DNA of 64,000 nucleotides from Candidatus Cloacimonadales bacterium (lineage in GTDB: Bacteria > Cloacimonadota > Cloacimonadia > Cloacimonadales > DAONDQ01). Positions 10,367-20,037 of this stretch are shown piece after piece; the stretch's first letter is position 1; each line of letters begins with the position of its first letter. The notes under the pieces were generated by a model. That model worked only from the letters and a program-made list of their open reading frames with translations. It was not told where the DNA came from and searched no databases. The stretch lies in assembly GCA_963662275.1 (NCBI GenBank), contig OY759316.1:832001-896000 (forward strand), read 5' to 3'. The position numbers were made by a program, and so were the translations under genes.

Positions 10367-11458
10367 ATGAAGAAGAAGAAACGCATTCACTCGAAATCAG
10401 AGAAATTCAACAGAATCTCTCAAAAAACCGGTTTACCTCCCGGCTCATTAGTACATGTAGGTAAATTTGATCAACAACCTATTAGTATCTATGAAATGAT
10501 CTATACAAATGGGGAGATACAATTTCATGAACATGATAAGCTTAAGGATTGTCTTCCTATCAAACCTGAACCAATTATCACATGGCTTGATGTGACGGGA
10601 ATCTACGACAGAAGTACAATTGACCAGATAGGACATGCCCTGGAATTGCATCCACTTACCATGGAAGACATCATGAATACACAGCAACGGGCAAAGATGG
10701 AAGAATATGAAAATTATCTCTTCTTCTCCCTGAAAGCTGCTTCTGTGATGAAAGATTCGGAAGAAATTAACTATTCGCAAGTCAGTATGGTAGTTGGTGA
10801 AAATTATGTGATCACATTTCAGGAAAAACGCGAATGTGATATACTCGCATCAATCCGAATGCGTCTTGACTTGGAAAGAGCACATTTAGACAAAATGGGA
10901 AACGATTTCCTTGTTTATACAATTATAGATACCTTGGTTGATTGCTTTTTCAACATCACAGATAACATTGAAAATGGTATCGATGAGTTCGATGAAATGG
11001 TCATCAATGAAGAGCCTCTAAGCCTCCAGGATATGTATCGATTGAAACGCTCCATTATTCAGCTAAGGAAATGTACTGTTCCTTTAAGAGACATCATGGG
11101 AAGACTGCTTCGACATGAAAATATGCTGGTGAATCCAACTACAGAAAAGTACTTTTCGGATATTTATGATCATGTGATTCGTATCAGTGAAGATCTTGAA
11201 GTTTATCGTGAGATAATGGATAGTCTCCATGAAACATATCTCAGTAACATCAGCAATCGAATGAATGGAGTAATGAAAGTTCTGACTGTTATATCCACTA
11301 TTTTTATTCCCCTGACTTTTATCGTCGGTGTCTATGGGATGAATTTTCCCAATATTCCTGAATTCAAATATCAGCACTCATATTTTGTCGTGTGGGGTAT
11401 CATGATCGCAATTGTAATCTTTATGCTTGCTGTATTTAGGAAAAATAAATGGCTGTAG
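10367..11458 (+). CDS. corA: Magnesium/cobalt transporter CorA
   Basis: GLPPGSL, LHPLTMEDI, PLTFIVGVYGMNF signature and two TM helices. Confidence 0.96.
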   Translation: MKKKKRIHSKSEKFNRISQKTGLPPGSLVHVGKFDQQPISIYEMIYTNGEIQFHEHDKLKDCLPIKPEPIITWLDVTGIYDRSTIDQIGHALELHPLTMEDIMNTQQRAKMEEYENYLFFSLKAASVMKDSEEINYSQVSMVVGENYVITFQEKRECDILASIRMRLDLERAHLDKMGNDFLVYTIIDTLVDCFFNITDNIENGIDEFDEMVINEEPLSLQDMYRLKRSIIQLRKCTVPLRDIMGRLLRHENMLVNPTTEKYFSDIYDHVIRISEDLEVYREIMDSLHETYLSNISNRMNGVMKVLTVISTIFIPLTFIVGVYGMNFPNIPEFKYQHSYFVVWGIMIAIVIFMLAVFRKNKWL

Positions 11459-11489
11459 ACAGAAAAAAAGCACGAATAAAGAATATAAA

Positions 11490-11521
11490 AATGGCGAGTA
11501 TCCCCTTTCTTGCTCGCCATT
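11490..11521. terminator. Hairpin between convergent genes
   Basis: AATGGCGAGTA / TGCTCGCCATT stem; A-run on the left gives a U-tract on the minus strand. Confidence 0.6.
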
Positions 11522-11610
11522 AAGGACAATTTCCCTATCCGAATAGATTCGTTTGTTTGAAATTCAGATTTTAAAGGAAAAGAACTTACAAAAGAAGAAA
11601 GAATAAATAC

Positions 11611-11796
11611 TTATTTTTCCTTATCCTTTTTAATAATAGCATCAAGACGAGACGCAATTCCAAAGTACATAATGAAAATAATGATGGCAATGACGATCAT
11701 TGCAATCAGATTCGCATTGATTCCACCAACACCAAGACAAATAATGGCAACACTAAACAAGATAACCAGCATAATAAGATCGACTAGAATATTCAT
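11611..11796 (-). CDS. Small two-TM membrane protein
   Basis: AGGAGG SD upstream of ATG; two hydrophobic segments. Confidence 0.7.
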   Translation of the reverse strand: MNILVDLIMLVILFSVAIICLGVGGINANLIAMIVIAIIIFIMYFGIASRLDAIIKKDKEK

Positions 11797-11806
11797 TTCT
11801 TACCTC

Positions 11807-12238
11807 CTAATGTATGGATTCCCATACGATTTTATTTGCGTTCATATCACCCGGATACAACAATTGTGCTTCTCGGGGAATAATTTCAAGGAGTAGGAAA
11901 GAAGAATCTTGAGAATCTTCCCAAAAGTCATGGATGAAACCGGAAATATCTGCAACTTCTTCCCGAAGGATTGGATCAGTAATGTTATTCATAATTCCTG
12001 AAATTCGAACATAACCGCTGCTGTTATCAGTGCGGATAAGATAGATAATTTCTGTAAATGGATTTTCCTGTATTTGTTTTGCCTTGTCATCAGCAGTTCC
12101 TGTGGCAACAAAGAATCTTTGCTGATGGAATATAAGTGTCATTGGCCTGATACGCGGCTGCTGACCCTCACATGTAGCAAGTTCAACCGTTTGTCGAATC
12201 GCGAACAGGGATAGAATTTCTTTTTGCAGGTCTGTCAT
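11807..12238 (-). CDS. Pyridoxamine 5'-phosphate oxidase-like FMN-binding split-barrel protein
   Basis: LATCEGQQPRIRPM..FFVATG...KAKQIQENP; GGAGG SD before ATG 12238. Confidence 0.82.
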   Translation of the reverse strand: MTDLQKEILSLFAIRQTVELATCEGQQPRIRPMTLIFHQQRFFVATGTADDKAKQIQENPFTEIIYLIRTDNSSGYVRISGIMNNITDPILREEVADISGFIHDFWEDSQDSSFLLLEIIPREAQLLYPGDMNANKIVWESIH

Positions 12239-12461
12239 TTGCAATACCTCCAAAACATAAACAAACTATTTGTAAAATGAATATGCATGTCAATATAAAA
12301 ATTCAATATTCAAAATTATTACTTGCACGAATACTGATATATATGAAAATTATGATGTGACTATTCAATCTCAAGACTAGCTATTTTTTCGAGAGATAGA
12401 GAGGACTTGTTTATAGTTTGTCATTGTTAAAGCATCATGTTTGGAAGGTAAAAAAGTAAGA

Positions 12462-13223
12462 ATGAAAGAAATACTCTCTATGAAAATTGCAGCGAACATC
12501 ACATACATCAATAAGAAGCCTGTAATTGAGTTTGGTGATCGAATTATTCCCATCGAAATACAGTATGATACTAGGAAGAATCTGCAAATCTCCATTCATC
12601 GTGAACCTAAAATTGTTATCAAATCTCCTAAAGGAATACCTGAAGCCAAAATTATACAGGCTTTATTTTCTCGTTTGAAATGGATTATCAAAAGGTTGCA
12701 GCATCGTGAGGAAATCCAGCCTTTCCCATCAAAGTTCACATATTTTGATGGAGAAAAGCATCTGTATCTCGGGCAAGAATATGAACTCCGTATTCAACAT
12801 GGTAAACGAGTGAGAGTCTGGTTCTCCAATCCCTACATAGAAATTGAAGTACCTGATCCAGGAAATACTTATCTGGTTAAGGAAGCACTTGAATACTGGT
12901 ATGGAGATGAAACCGCAGAATACGTATCCCAAAGGACTTGGTATTTCATCAAACAATTTGTACCGGAGCAATTACATCCTAAGCTAGAGTTCAAGTTCCG
13001 TAAAATGAAAAGCAGGTGGGGAAGTTGTTCTTCCAAAGGATTAATTACTTTCAACAAGGAACTTATTAGAGCACCCCGTGAAGCGATTGATTATATCATA
13101 GTTCATGAGTTATGTCATCTGAAGCATTTCGATCATAGCTCCCTGTTCTACCAGGAGTTATCCAAGATTATACCCGATTGGAAAACGTATAGGAAAATGC
13201 TGGAAAGAATAAGCTTAGGATAA
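12462..13223 (+). CDS. YgjP-like (DUF45/M48-like) zinc metallohydrolase
   Basis: MKSRWGSCS, IDYIIVHELCHL..HSSLFY; start uncertain (12441/12462/12480). Confidence 0.88.
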   Translation: MKEILSMKIAANITYINKKPVIEFGDRIIPIEIQYDTRKNLQISIHREPKIVIKSPKGIPEAKIIQALFSRLKWIIKRLQHREEIQPFPSKFTYFDGEKHLYLGQEYELRIQHGKRVRVWFSNPYIEIEVPDPGNTYLVKEALEYWYGDETAEYVSQRTWYFIKQFVPEQLHPKLEFKFRKMKSRWGSCSSKGLITFNKELIRAPREAIDYIIVHELCHLKHFDHSSLFYQELSKIIPDWKTYRKMLERISLG

Positions 13224-13290
13224 ATTGTGTTTGACTGTTTTTTTACCTTCTGTAATCATATCTTCATGTTGAATAATTAATGGAGCGTTC

Positions 13291-14709
13291 ATGAAGAAAA
13301 TAAGCATATTAGTGATTTGTTTATATACAGTATCCCTATTTAGTCAGATACCTCCCAACTTTCCCGTAATTACCTTTTCCGTGAATTCTGAACCTACTCC
13401 CGGTAAGATATACTTATCCAATTTAACGCAAGGTTTCGGTGTTGTTAATACGCCATTTTTAATGATCCTGGACAATACCGGTATTCCAGTCTTTTCACAA
13501 CAGATGACTGCCAGGATGAATTTGGATTTTAAACTGCAACCCAATGGAATGAGAACGTATTTTGATAATTTAAAAGGAAAATTCTATGCCTTGAATGAGG
13601 AATATGAAGTAGTTGATAGTTTTTCTTGTAATGGTTATCAGACAGATGAACATGAATTAGTAATACTGCCCAATGGACATAGCTTTATGCTTGGAAACAC
13701 CCGTCAAGTGATGGATTTATCAGGTGTTGTTCCGGGAGGGAATACTGCTGCTTCAGTACAGGGTATGGTAATCCAGGAACAGGATGAGAATCACTTGGTT
13801 ATATTTGAGTGGAGTACCTTTGATCATTTTGATGTTTCTGATTGTACCACTAATTCATTGCTGCTTGGCCCTGTTGTGGATTATGCGCACTGCAATTCTA
13901 TCGATGTGGATACAGAAGGTAACTTGCTGCTGTCATCCCGTCATATGGATGAGATTACTAAAATAGACCATAGCACTGGAGAAATTATCTGGCGTATGGG
14001 TGGAAGCCGTTCAAAGAACAATATGTTCACTTTTGTCAATGACTCAACATCAACTTTCACTGGATTTTCACATCAGCATTGTGCAAGATGGTTACCCAAT
14101 GGGAACATGCTTGTATTTGATAATGGAAACCTCAAGACACCACCACATTCCCGTGTTGTAGAATATGCAATTGATGAAATCAATTACATTGCTACAAAAG
14201 TATGGGAGTATTCACCGGAACCTGTCATCTACTCAAGTGCTATGGGCAGTTCTCAACGTCTTGCAAACGGGAATACTTTTATTGGCTGGGGCATAAATGC
14301 TCAGCATATCACAGCTTCAGAAGTAACCCCTGCTGGGGAAGTAGTGCAGGCTTTGTCATTTCCTACAGGAGTATCCAGTTACAGGGCATTCAAGGTTATG
14401 GATCCTGTACAAAATCACGACGGGATCACCTTACCTGCCATTGGATTGCATGCATATCCCAATCCCTTTATTAGTTCCACGCAAATCCAATATAAATCTT
14501 CAGATTCAAATCCTATTTCTATCGGAATCTATAACTGCCGCGGACAGCTTGTGAAAACAATGAGTATAACACATACTCTCGTAGGGCGCAATCTGATCCC
14601 CTGGAATGGAAAGGATATCAATTCCAGGAATGTAGCTTCAGGCGTATATCTGATAAGAATCCGGAATGGAGAAAATGAACAGACAATGAAGGTTCTGAAA
14701 CTGAAGTAA
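13291..14709 (+). CDS. Arylsulfotransferase (ASST) family protein with T9SS/FlgD-like CTD
   Basis: Signal peptide; DEHE, DYAHCNSI, LLSSRH, FSHQH, VFDNG; CTD AYPNPF..IYNCRGQLV..ASGVY..KVLKLK. Confidence 0.85.
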   Translation: MKKISILVICLYTVSLFSQIPPNFPVITFSVNSEPTPGKIYLSNLTQGFGVVNTPFLMILDNTGIPVFSQQMTARMNLDFKLQPNGMRTYFDNLKGKFYALNEEYEVVDSFSCNGYQTDEHELVILPNGHSFMLGNTRQVMDLSGVVPGGNTAASVQGMVIQEQDENHLVIFEWSTFDHFDVSDCTTNSLLLGPVVDYAHCNSIDVDTEGNLLLSSRHMDEITKIDHSTGEIIWRMGGSRSKNNMFTFVNDSTSTFTGFSHQHCARWLPNGNMLVFDNGNLKTPPHSRVVEYAIDEINYIATKVWEYSPEPVIYSSAMGSSQRLANGNTFIGWGINAQHITASEVTPAGEVVQALSFPTGVSSYRAFKVMDPVQNHDGITLPAIGLHAYPNPFISSTQIQYKSSDSNPISIGIYNCRGQLVKTMSITHTLVGRNLIPWNGKDINSRNVASGVYLIRIRNGENEQTMKVLKLK

Positions 14710-14768
14710 TTGGATTTTGTTATCGGATCAATTAGACATTATGACATGTTAGTTCAGAATATATTAAA

Positions 14769-14793
14769 GAGGTTGGATTACAAACCCAACCTC
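14769..14793. terminator. Hairpin between convergent genes
   Basis: GAGGTTGG / CCAACCTC stem. Confidence 0.5.
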
Positions 14794-14825
14794 ATAAAAC
14801 TAACAAAGTTATTTTAAAGAAGTGT

Positions 14826-15689
14826 TTAGTTCTTAACCAGGTCAACCCTGCGATTTTGGGCTCGACCTTCTTCAGTCTTATTATCAGCAACAGGTTTTGA
14901 ACTTCCAAAACCTTGTGCGGTAAGCCTAGTTGCTTCAATACCATTTTTAATGAGTTCATTCTTAACAGACAATGCTCTATCTCCTGAGAGCTTGGCGTTC
15001 ATTTTTACATCCCCTGTGTTATCGGTATGTCCTTGGATAGAGAGTTTAAGAGTAGGGTTGGCTTTCATCATTTGGACAATCTGATCGACAGTGGTAAGAA
15101 AGTCTGATGGAATTTCCACTTTATTGATAGCAAAATTGATATGCAAGGAGACGTATCCATCGGCAACGATTTTATTATAAAGTTCAACACCTGTCATATC
15201 CTGTTTCATAGCTTCCTCTTCAATGATGGATATCCAATAGCGGTCTCCGGCATCCCAGGTTAGAGCTTCGATCCAAAGATTCTTTCCATCTTTCGTTGAG
15301 GCAGTTGCAGTGATAGTATTATAATTGCCACGATTGAATTCGGGGTCATCAATGTTATTCGGGAATGGACCCTGGAATATTATCTTAGCTTTCATAGCCG
15401 TCAGGGCGTTAGTAATATTTCTCCTAAGCTGCAGACCTGAAGTCTTGCCATTACCTTCAGGAAGAGTATATTCGCAATGCCAAAAACGTCCTTCCTTGGT
15501 AACCAGCTTTGTTCCGTCCCAGAATCCGCAAGAATCAAAGTCCCGGTTCCTATCAAAGGAATACACGATAAAGTTGGGCATTTTCTGAAGCCATGGGTTT
15601 TCACCCATCTGTGGAGTATCACTTGTTTCATCTTGGGCGAAGAGAGAAAATGTCAATAGAAGTAACAAACTAAAAAGTATATAGCGCAT
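14826..15689 (-). CDS. OmpA-family peptidoglycan-binding periplasmic protein
   Basis: Signal peptide; INF..IQGHTDNTG..N.KLS..RA..GFG.SKP..GRAQNRRV. Confidence 0.92.
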   Translation of the reverse strand: MRYILFSLLLLLTFSLFAQDETSDTPQMGENPWLQKMPNFIVYSFDRNRDFDSCGFWDGTKLVTKEGRFWHCEYTLPEGNGKTSGLQLRRNITNALTAMKAKIIFQGPFPNNIDDPEFNRGNYNTITATASTKDGKNLWIEALTWDAGDRYWISIIEEEAMKQDMTGVELYNKIVADGYVSLHINFAINKVEIPSDFLTTVDQIVQMMKANPTLKLSIQGHTDNTGDVKMNAKLSGDRALSVKNELIKNGIEATRLTAQGFGSSKPVADNKTEEGRAQNRRVDLVKN

Positions 15690-15896
15690 ACAGATTCCTC
15701 CTATGTATAATTATTCAAAAAAACTTAGGAAACATATTGATGTCAAGATAATTGCTTGTGGATGTTATTAACTCGATATGATTGTGTACGCAGTAATCGG
15801 ATAGGAGCACAACGAAGTCATGCTAGTCTCAAGGAAGATGAAGAAATTTGAAAAGAAACAAGAAATAAAGAAAACCTGACGAAAATCTACAAAAGT

Positions 15897-16157
15897 CTAG
15901 ATGATCCCTAGATGATCCCTAGATGATCCCTAGATGAAACCCAACTCAAAACGAAAGTGCGAAGTGCGAAGTTCGAAGTGCGAAGTACGAAATTGTAGTG
16001 TTGTGGAGTAAGATGCCGATCTTACTGTCTTCATTCCTCCCATTTTTAACGGGTGGCACGAAGTGACGGGAGAGCTAGTTCTGTTCTCTTCATCCCCCAT
16101 TGGGAAGGGGGGTAGGGGGGTCTCTTTTCTGGAACTGGCACCTGGCACCTGGCACCT
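15897..16157. repeat. Mosaic of short tandem repeats and REP-like hairpins
   Basis: (CTAGATGATCC)x3; (CGAAGTN)x4-5; AGTAAGA/TCTTACT hairpin at 16007-16026; C6-TA-C6 element (minus strand) at 16091-16123; (CTGGCAC)x3. Confidence 0.85.
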
Positions 16158-16374
16158 ATAACGACGAAGGAGTTATGTCTTGAAACCTTTATTAGTTCCG
16201 TACGAATTGGATGTAGATAACTTGAAACAACAAAGAATCGCAAGTTGCTTTTTAAATTGTCTTATTACGATAAAATACAGGACATAGGTACTTTTTATTT
16301 GACAATATAACATACATCATAAAGCTATTAAAATTCGTTGTTAGGTAGGCATAATCCAGCAAAAAGGAGAGCTG

Positions 16375-16944
16375 ATGTATTGGAAGAAATCACTCATCTA
16401 TTTATTCATACTAGGTATCATGGCTATGCTCATGATTGCAGCACAGGCAGATATCTCTGCAGAACAGAAACTTGTAAAAGTGGGAAAGAACGTGACAATT
16501 CATGGAATTCTTAAGATTCATGAAGGTGTTTATACCTTATTTAGTGATACTGTGAATGTCAATCTCATCCTGGCTCCTGAAGAATATTTGGAGAAACATG
16601 GTGCAGTATTGGCTGATAGAGACACACTAACAGTAACAGGATTTTATTCTGATCTCCAGATGCTTGTTACCACTATCAGGGAAGGTTCAAAAACAACAAT
16701 CATCCGTTGTGATCTTGGCACTCCCTATGTCATAACAAATGATCAGAAAACGTATGCCTCCATTCCTGCAACCTGCATAGGGACAACACTCTGTTCTCAG
16801 AATTGTCCAACCAAGGCGATTACAATGGTGAAAAGCAAAGCTATTACTGATCCCAGTAAATGTATCTCATGTGGGATATGTGAAAGTGGTAATGGCAAGA
16901 ATTTCAAAGGCTGTCCAACAAAATCTGTCCATCAGCTTAAGTAG
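16375..16944 (+). CDS. Exported protein: N-terminal beta-rich (OB-like) domain plus C-terminal ferredoxin-type Fe-S domain
   Basis: Sec-type signal ending AQA; CIGTTLCSQNCP and CISCGIC-x10-CP; AGGAG SD. Confidence 0.8.
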   Translation: MYWKKSLIYLFILGIMAMLMIAAQADISAEQKLVKVGKNVTIHGILKIHEGVYTLFSDTVNVNLILAPEEYLEKHGAVLADRDTLTVTGFYSDLQMLVTTIREGSKTTIIRCDLGTPYVITNDQKTYASIPATCIGTTLCSQNCPTKAITMVKSKAITDPSKCISCGICESGNGKNFKGCPTKSVHQLK

Positions 16945-17027
16945 ATAATTCTTAATTATGTAGACATAATAGATCCAGGACTGTTTTGATGGTCCCTGGC
17001 AATAGTAACGAATATAACTAAAGTGAG

Positions 17028-17279
17028 ATGAATATGAAGAAGAGCTTTCAAATTTTACTACTCCTGATTTTCATATCTTCACTGGTTTTTGCAGCAGTGA
17101 GGTTAAAACCGATCACTGACCCCTATCTTTGTGTCGGCTGCGGTGACTGTGTGAAAATCTGTCCTGTGGATGCCATTCGTATGGTTGACGGAAAATCACT
17201 CATTGACCAGGAAAAATGCATCGACTGTAAATTTTGCATCAAGGGCTGTACGTACAATGCCATAAGGGAGAAGAAATGA
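17028..17279 (+). CDS. Signal-peptide-bearing 2x[4Fe-4S] ferredoxin
   Basis: MKKSFQILLLLIFISSLVFA signal; CVGCGDCVKICP and CIDCKFCIKGC. Confidence 0.88.
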   Translation: MNMKKSFQILLLLIFISSLVFAAVRLKPITDPYLCVGCGDCVKICPVDAIRMVDGKSLIDQEKCIDCKFCIKGCTYNAIREKK

Positions 17280-17530
17280 AGAAGAGAGTACTTGTCATTC
17301 TTTTCATTATTCTCTTAACAGTACTTCTTTTCCTCATTGGCTGTAAAAAAGTATCAAACCCTGAATTTAACATCGATAAACAATCCTGCATGAGCTGTGG
17401 GCGATGTCTGCAAATCTGCCCCTCTGATGCTATCGACTTTGATACCGATGGGAAAGCGCTCATTGATCAGACCAAATGCACGCAATGCGGACGCTGCGTG
17501 AGAGTATGTCCGAAAGATGCGGTGTATTGA
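17276..17530 (+). CDS. Lipoprotein 2x[4Fe-4S] ferredoxin
   Basis: Start at ATG 17276 (ATGA overlap); lipobox LIG-C; CMSCGRCLQICP and CTQCGRCVRVCP. Confidence 0.86.
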   Translation: MKKRVLVILFIILLTVLLFLIGCKKVSNPEFNIDKQSCMSCGRCLQICPSDAIDFDTDGKALIDQTKCTQCGRCVRVCPKDAVY

Positions 17531-18891
17531 TGAAACAGATTATTGTTGGTTTGACTATACTTATACTCAGCACATGCTTACATAGTGTTGTGTATCAATG
17601 GAATGATACTGGTTTTCAGTATCTCATGTCACATAGCTCAAATAATGGAGAAGTAAGTGACAAATCCAGCCGAGAGGATGGCAGCGAGGGTGGAACATCA
17701 AGCTGTACATTTGTCCATGCCGTTGATGTCTCGATAAATAAATTTCTTTCTGCTTTTTTCCAAACTGATTTGAATTGGGAAGATCGCAACCCGAAGAATC
17801 TGATGACCAGCGCTTCGCAACCGGCATCCTTCTATAAAAACTGGCGTGTTTCCGGTGCTTATAATCGTTTCCAGGCTAAAATGGAATACCTGAATGATAA
17901 GCAATATGGAAAGATTCAATATAGAAATCAGTATTTTGCCCCAGGTAAAACAAACAGAAGCTATGTTTTTGTTGTGAATCCAAACTTACCTTGGGATGCA
18001 AAGGAAAGTCTTGCCCATACTCCTACCTTCATCCATGATATTTATACGCAAATGAAATGGGAGACAAGTCAGGGTTCTTTTGAAATTGGAGAAAGAGTTC
18101 GAATTTCGGAATACGACTTGGCAATGTGGGATGATCTGGGAGCTCGTCATCAAATTCCAACTCAGAGGGATGAGAACTTTTTCAATGCGCAAGCGAAAAT
18201 TAACACAGTTCCCTATCTATTTCTTCTTGCGAACGCATATTCCAAACATGACAATACGGATGATTATTTTGATCTCACTCATTATGGGTTTGGTGTTGCT
18301 TTTGATAGAAGATTCGACTTTTTCCATATGCTGGATGCAAGTGTTCAATATGACAGGATGAAATCAGACAAGTATTCCAAAGACCCTATATCAAAAGATG
18401 AAAGAGAGAATTATGTAACCAGTCAACTGCGATATACACATAGGGTGGGAAATAATCTGACAGCCTTCGTTTCATATATCAATCGCTCCGTCTATTCCAA
18501 AGACCAGGAGAGTATGCTGCTTATTTCCAATATGGTTCGACTGCAGGCAAGATACTCTTTCGCAAATGATCTTAATGGGGATTCCTACATCATTATTGGT
18601 GGGAAACTCAGCCAGGAAAACAAGACATCTCTCGTTTTTGGAGAATTCAATTATCCCGTGATTCCAAAGCTGTATGTGAATATGACAGATAAATATTCTC
18701 CAACCTATCTTTATGATAATGCAGGAGTGAAGGAGACAGCTCATGAAAATGAAGTTAGCGTGGGTTTGAACTTCTATTTCACACCTTGGCAACTGGTTTA
18801 TGTTTCTGATACTTTCAGCCTGATAGGGAAAAAAGGGTTGGTTCCTTCCTCTCAGCAGTTGATATCCTTCGGTACGAAATTGGTCTTTTAA
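17530..18891 (+). CDS. Putative outer-membrane beta-barrel protein
   Basis: Start at ATG 17530 (TGATG coupling); signal peptide; many alternating amphipathic strands rich in aromatics; ends ISFGTKLVF (terminal Phe beta-signal). Confidence 0.72.
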   Translation: MKQIIVGLTILILSTCLHSVVYQWNDTGFQYLMSHSSNNGEVSDKSSREDGSEGGTSSCTFVHAVDVSINKFLSAFFQTDLNWEDRNPKNLMTSASQPASFYKNWRVSGAYNRFQAKMEYLNDKQYGKIQYRNQYFAPGKTNRSYVFVVNPNLPWDAKESLAHTPTFIHDIYTQMKWETSQGSFEIGERVRISEYDLAMWDDLGARHQIPTQRDENFFNAQAKINTVPYLFLLANAYSKHDNTDDYFDLTHYGFGVAFDRRFDFFHMLDASVQYDRMKSDKYSKDPISKDERENYVTSQLRYTHRVGNNLTAFVSYINRSVYSKDQESMLLISNMVRLQARYSFANDLNGDSYIIIGGKLSQENKTSLVFGEFNYPVIPKLYVNMTDKYSPTYLYDNAGVKETAHENEVSVGLNFYFTPWQLVYVSDTFSLIGKKGLVPSSQQLISFGTKLVF

Positions 18892-18903
18892 ACTTGGAGT
18901 AGG

Positions 18904-19896
18904 ATGTATTTTAAGACACTGATAGAGGGATTTTTACTTGGATTGTCCACAGGGACGATCTGTCTTTTAACATGCACACCCATCTATTTACCTTATTTAG
19001 CAACTGAAAAAAGGCAACTGAAAGAGAATTTCTGGAAAGTCATGGAAATCTCTTTCGGACGTTTCTTTTCCTATCTTGCTTTTGGTGCTTTGGCTGGATG
19101 GCTGGGAGCGCAAATTGCGGATATTGACCGTACCCTTTACACAGGAATTGCCTATATACTGCTTTCCGGCTTTTTAGTCCTGACTAGTGTCAGAACTTCT
19201 AAACAGGAAAAACACTGCCCCATTCCCTTTTATCTGAAATTAACAAAAAGCGCATTTCTAATGGGTGTTCTGACAGGGATAAATTTTTGCCCGTCTTTCC
19301 TGATTGCCGTTTCCAAGGCGGTTGATTTGGCTGGAGTGTTCAGTGGTATTATGTTGTTCATGGGTTTCTTTGTTGGAACGACTCTATTCCTGCTTCCTCT
19401 CGCTTTCACGGGAATGCTGGCTTCCATTGGGAAAATGAAATACTACGCCCGTATCGCAGCAGTTCTTATCGCAGTTTGGTTTGTGGGTCAAGGTGGCTGG
19501 AATATTTACAGTCATTTCCACCAGGTTGAAGTGAATAAACATTCAAGAATACTCAATCCTGCCGATCCGGAGACGAAGATACTGTTAGTGGCTAATCCAG
19601 CGGATAGTATCTATTTTAATGTTCTCGCCGATTCGCTTTTTCTCTTTAAAACCATGAATTTCTCATATGTTCAAATGGACAAAATTGATTTAACAGAGAT
19701 TGACAAGTATGGGAAGAATTCTCTTATTATCATGGATAATGACTTATACAGTAAAGAACTTGACCCAAAATTCCAAACAAGAGATTTGTTTCTTGTGGAA
19801 AATGAATACTCCATTGAGTCAATCATGAACTTTCTGCGAACACGGAATATCAAGGTTGGACAGAACCAGGGTGCGCGCTGGGATTTTAAAAAGTAG
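18904..19896 (+). CDS. DsbD_2/CcdA-like (TauE/SafE-annotated) multi-pass membrane protein with conserved-type cysteines and soluble C-terminal domain
   Basis: GFLLGLSTGTICLLTCTP, GRFFSY..GALAG, HCP, GVLTGINFCP; about 6 TM helices. Confidence 0.75.
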   Translation: MYFKTLIEGFLLGLSTGTICLLTCTPIYLPYLATEKRQLKENFWKVMEISFGRFFSYLAFGALAGWLGAQIADIDRTLYTGIAYILLSGFLVLTSVRTSKQEKHCPIPFYLKLTKSAFLMGVLTGINFCPSFLIAVSKAVDLAGVFSGIMLFMGFFVGTTLFLLPLAFTGMLASIGKMKYYARIAAVLIAVWFVGQGGWNIYSHFHQVEVNKHSRILNPADPETKILLVANPADSIYFNVLADSLFLFKTMNFSYVQMDKIDLTEIDKYGKNSLIIMDNDLYSKELDPKFQTRDLFLVENEYSIESIMNFLRTRNIKVGQNQGARWDFKK

Positions 19897-20010
19897 TGCA
19901 CGACCTCCGGGCGTGCAATTAGAAGGCAGCCAGGGATGTCAGAAGGCTGCCAGGGATGTCAGCCCCTACGGTCAACATGAAGAAGGCTGCCAGGGATGTC
20001 AGCCCCTACG
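19893..20010. repeat. GTAG-type REP cluster (REPIN-like)
   Basis: GTAG-TGCACG-N9-CGTGCA forward; three AGAAGGCWGCCAGGGATGTC units, two completed by AGCCCCTACG (GTAGGGGCTGACATCCCTGGCAGCC on minus strand). Confidence 0.82.
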
Positions 20011-20037
20011 TGTAAGATTCATACAACAAGGACTTAT

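Noticed and set aside
15930..16243. Minus-strand ORFs in the repeat mosaic
   Set aside because: Translations mirror the heptamer and REP repeats
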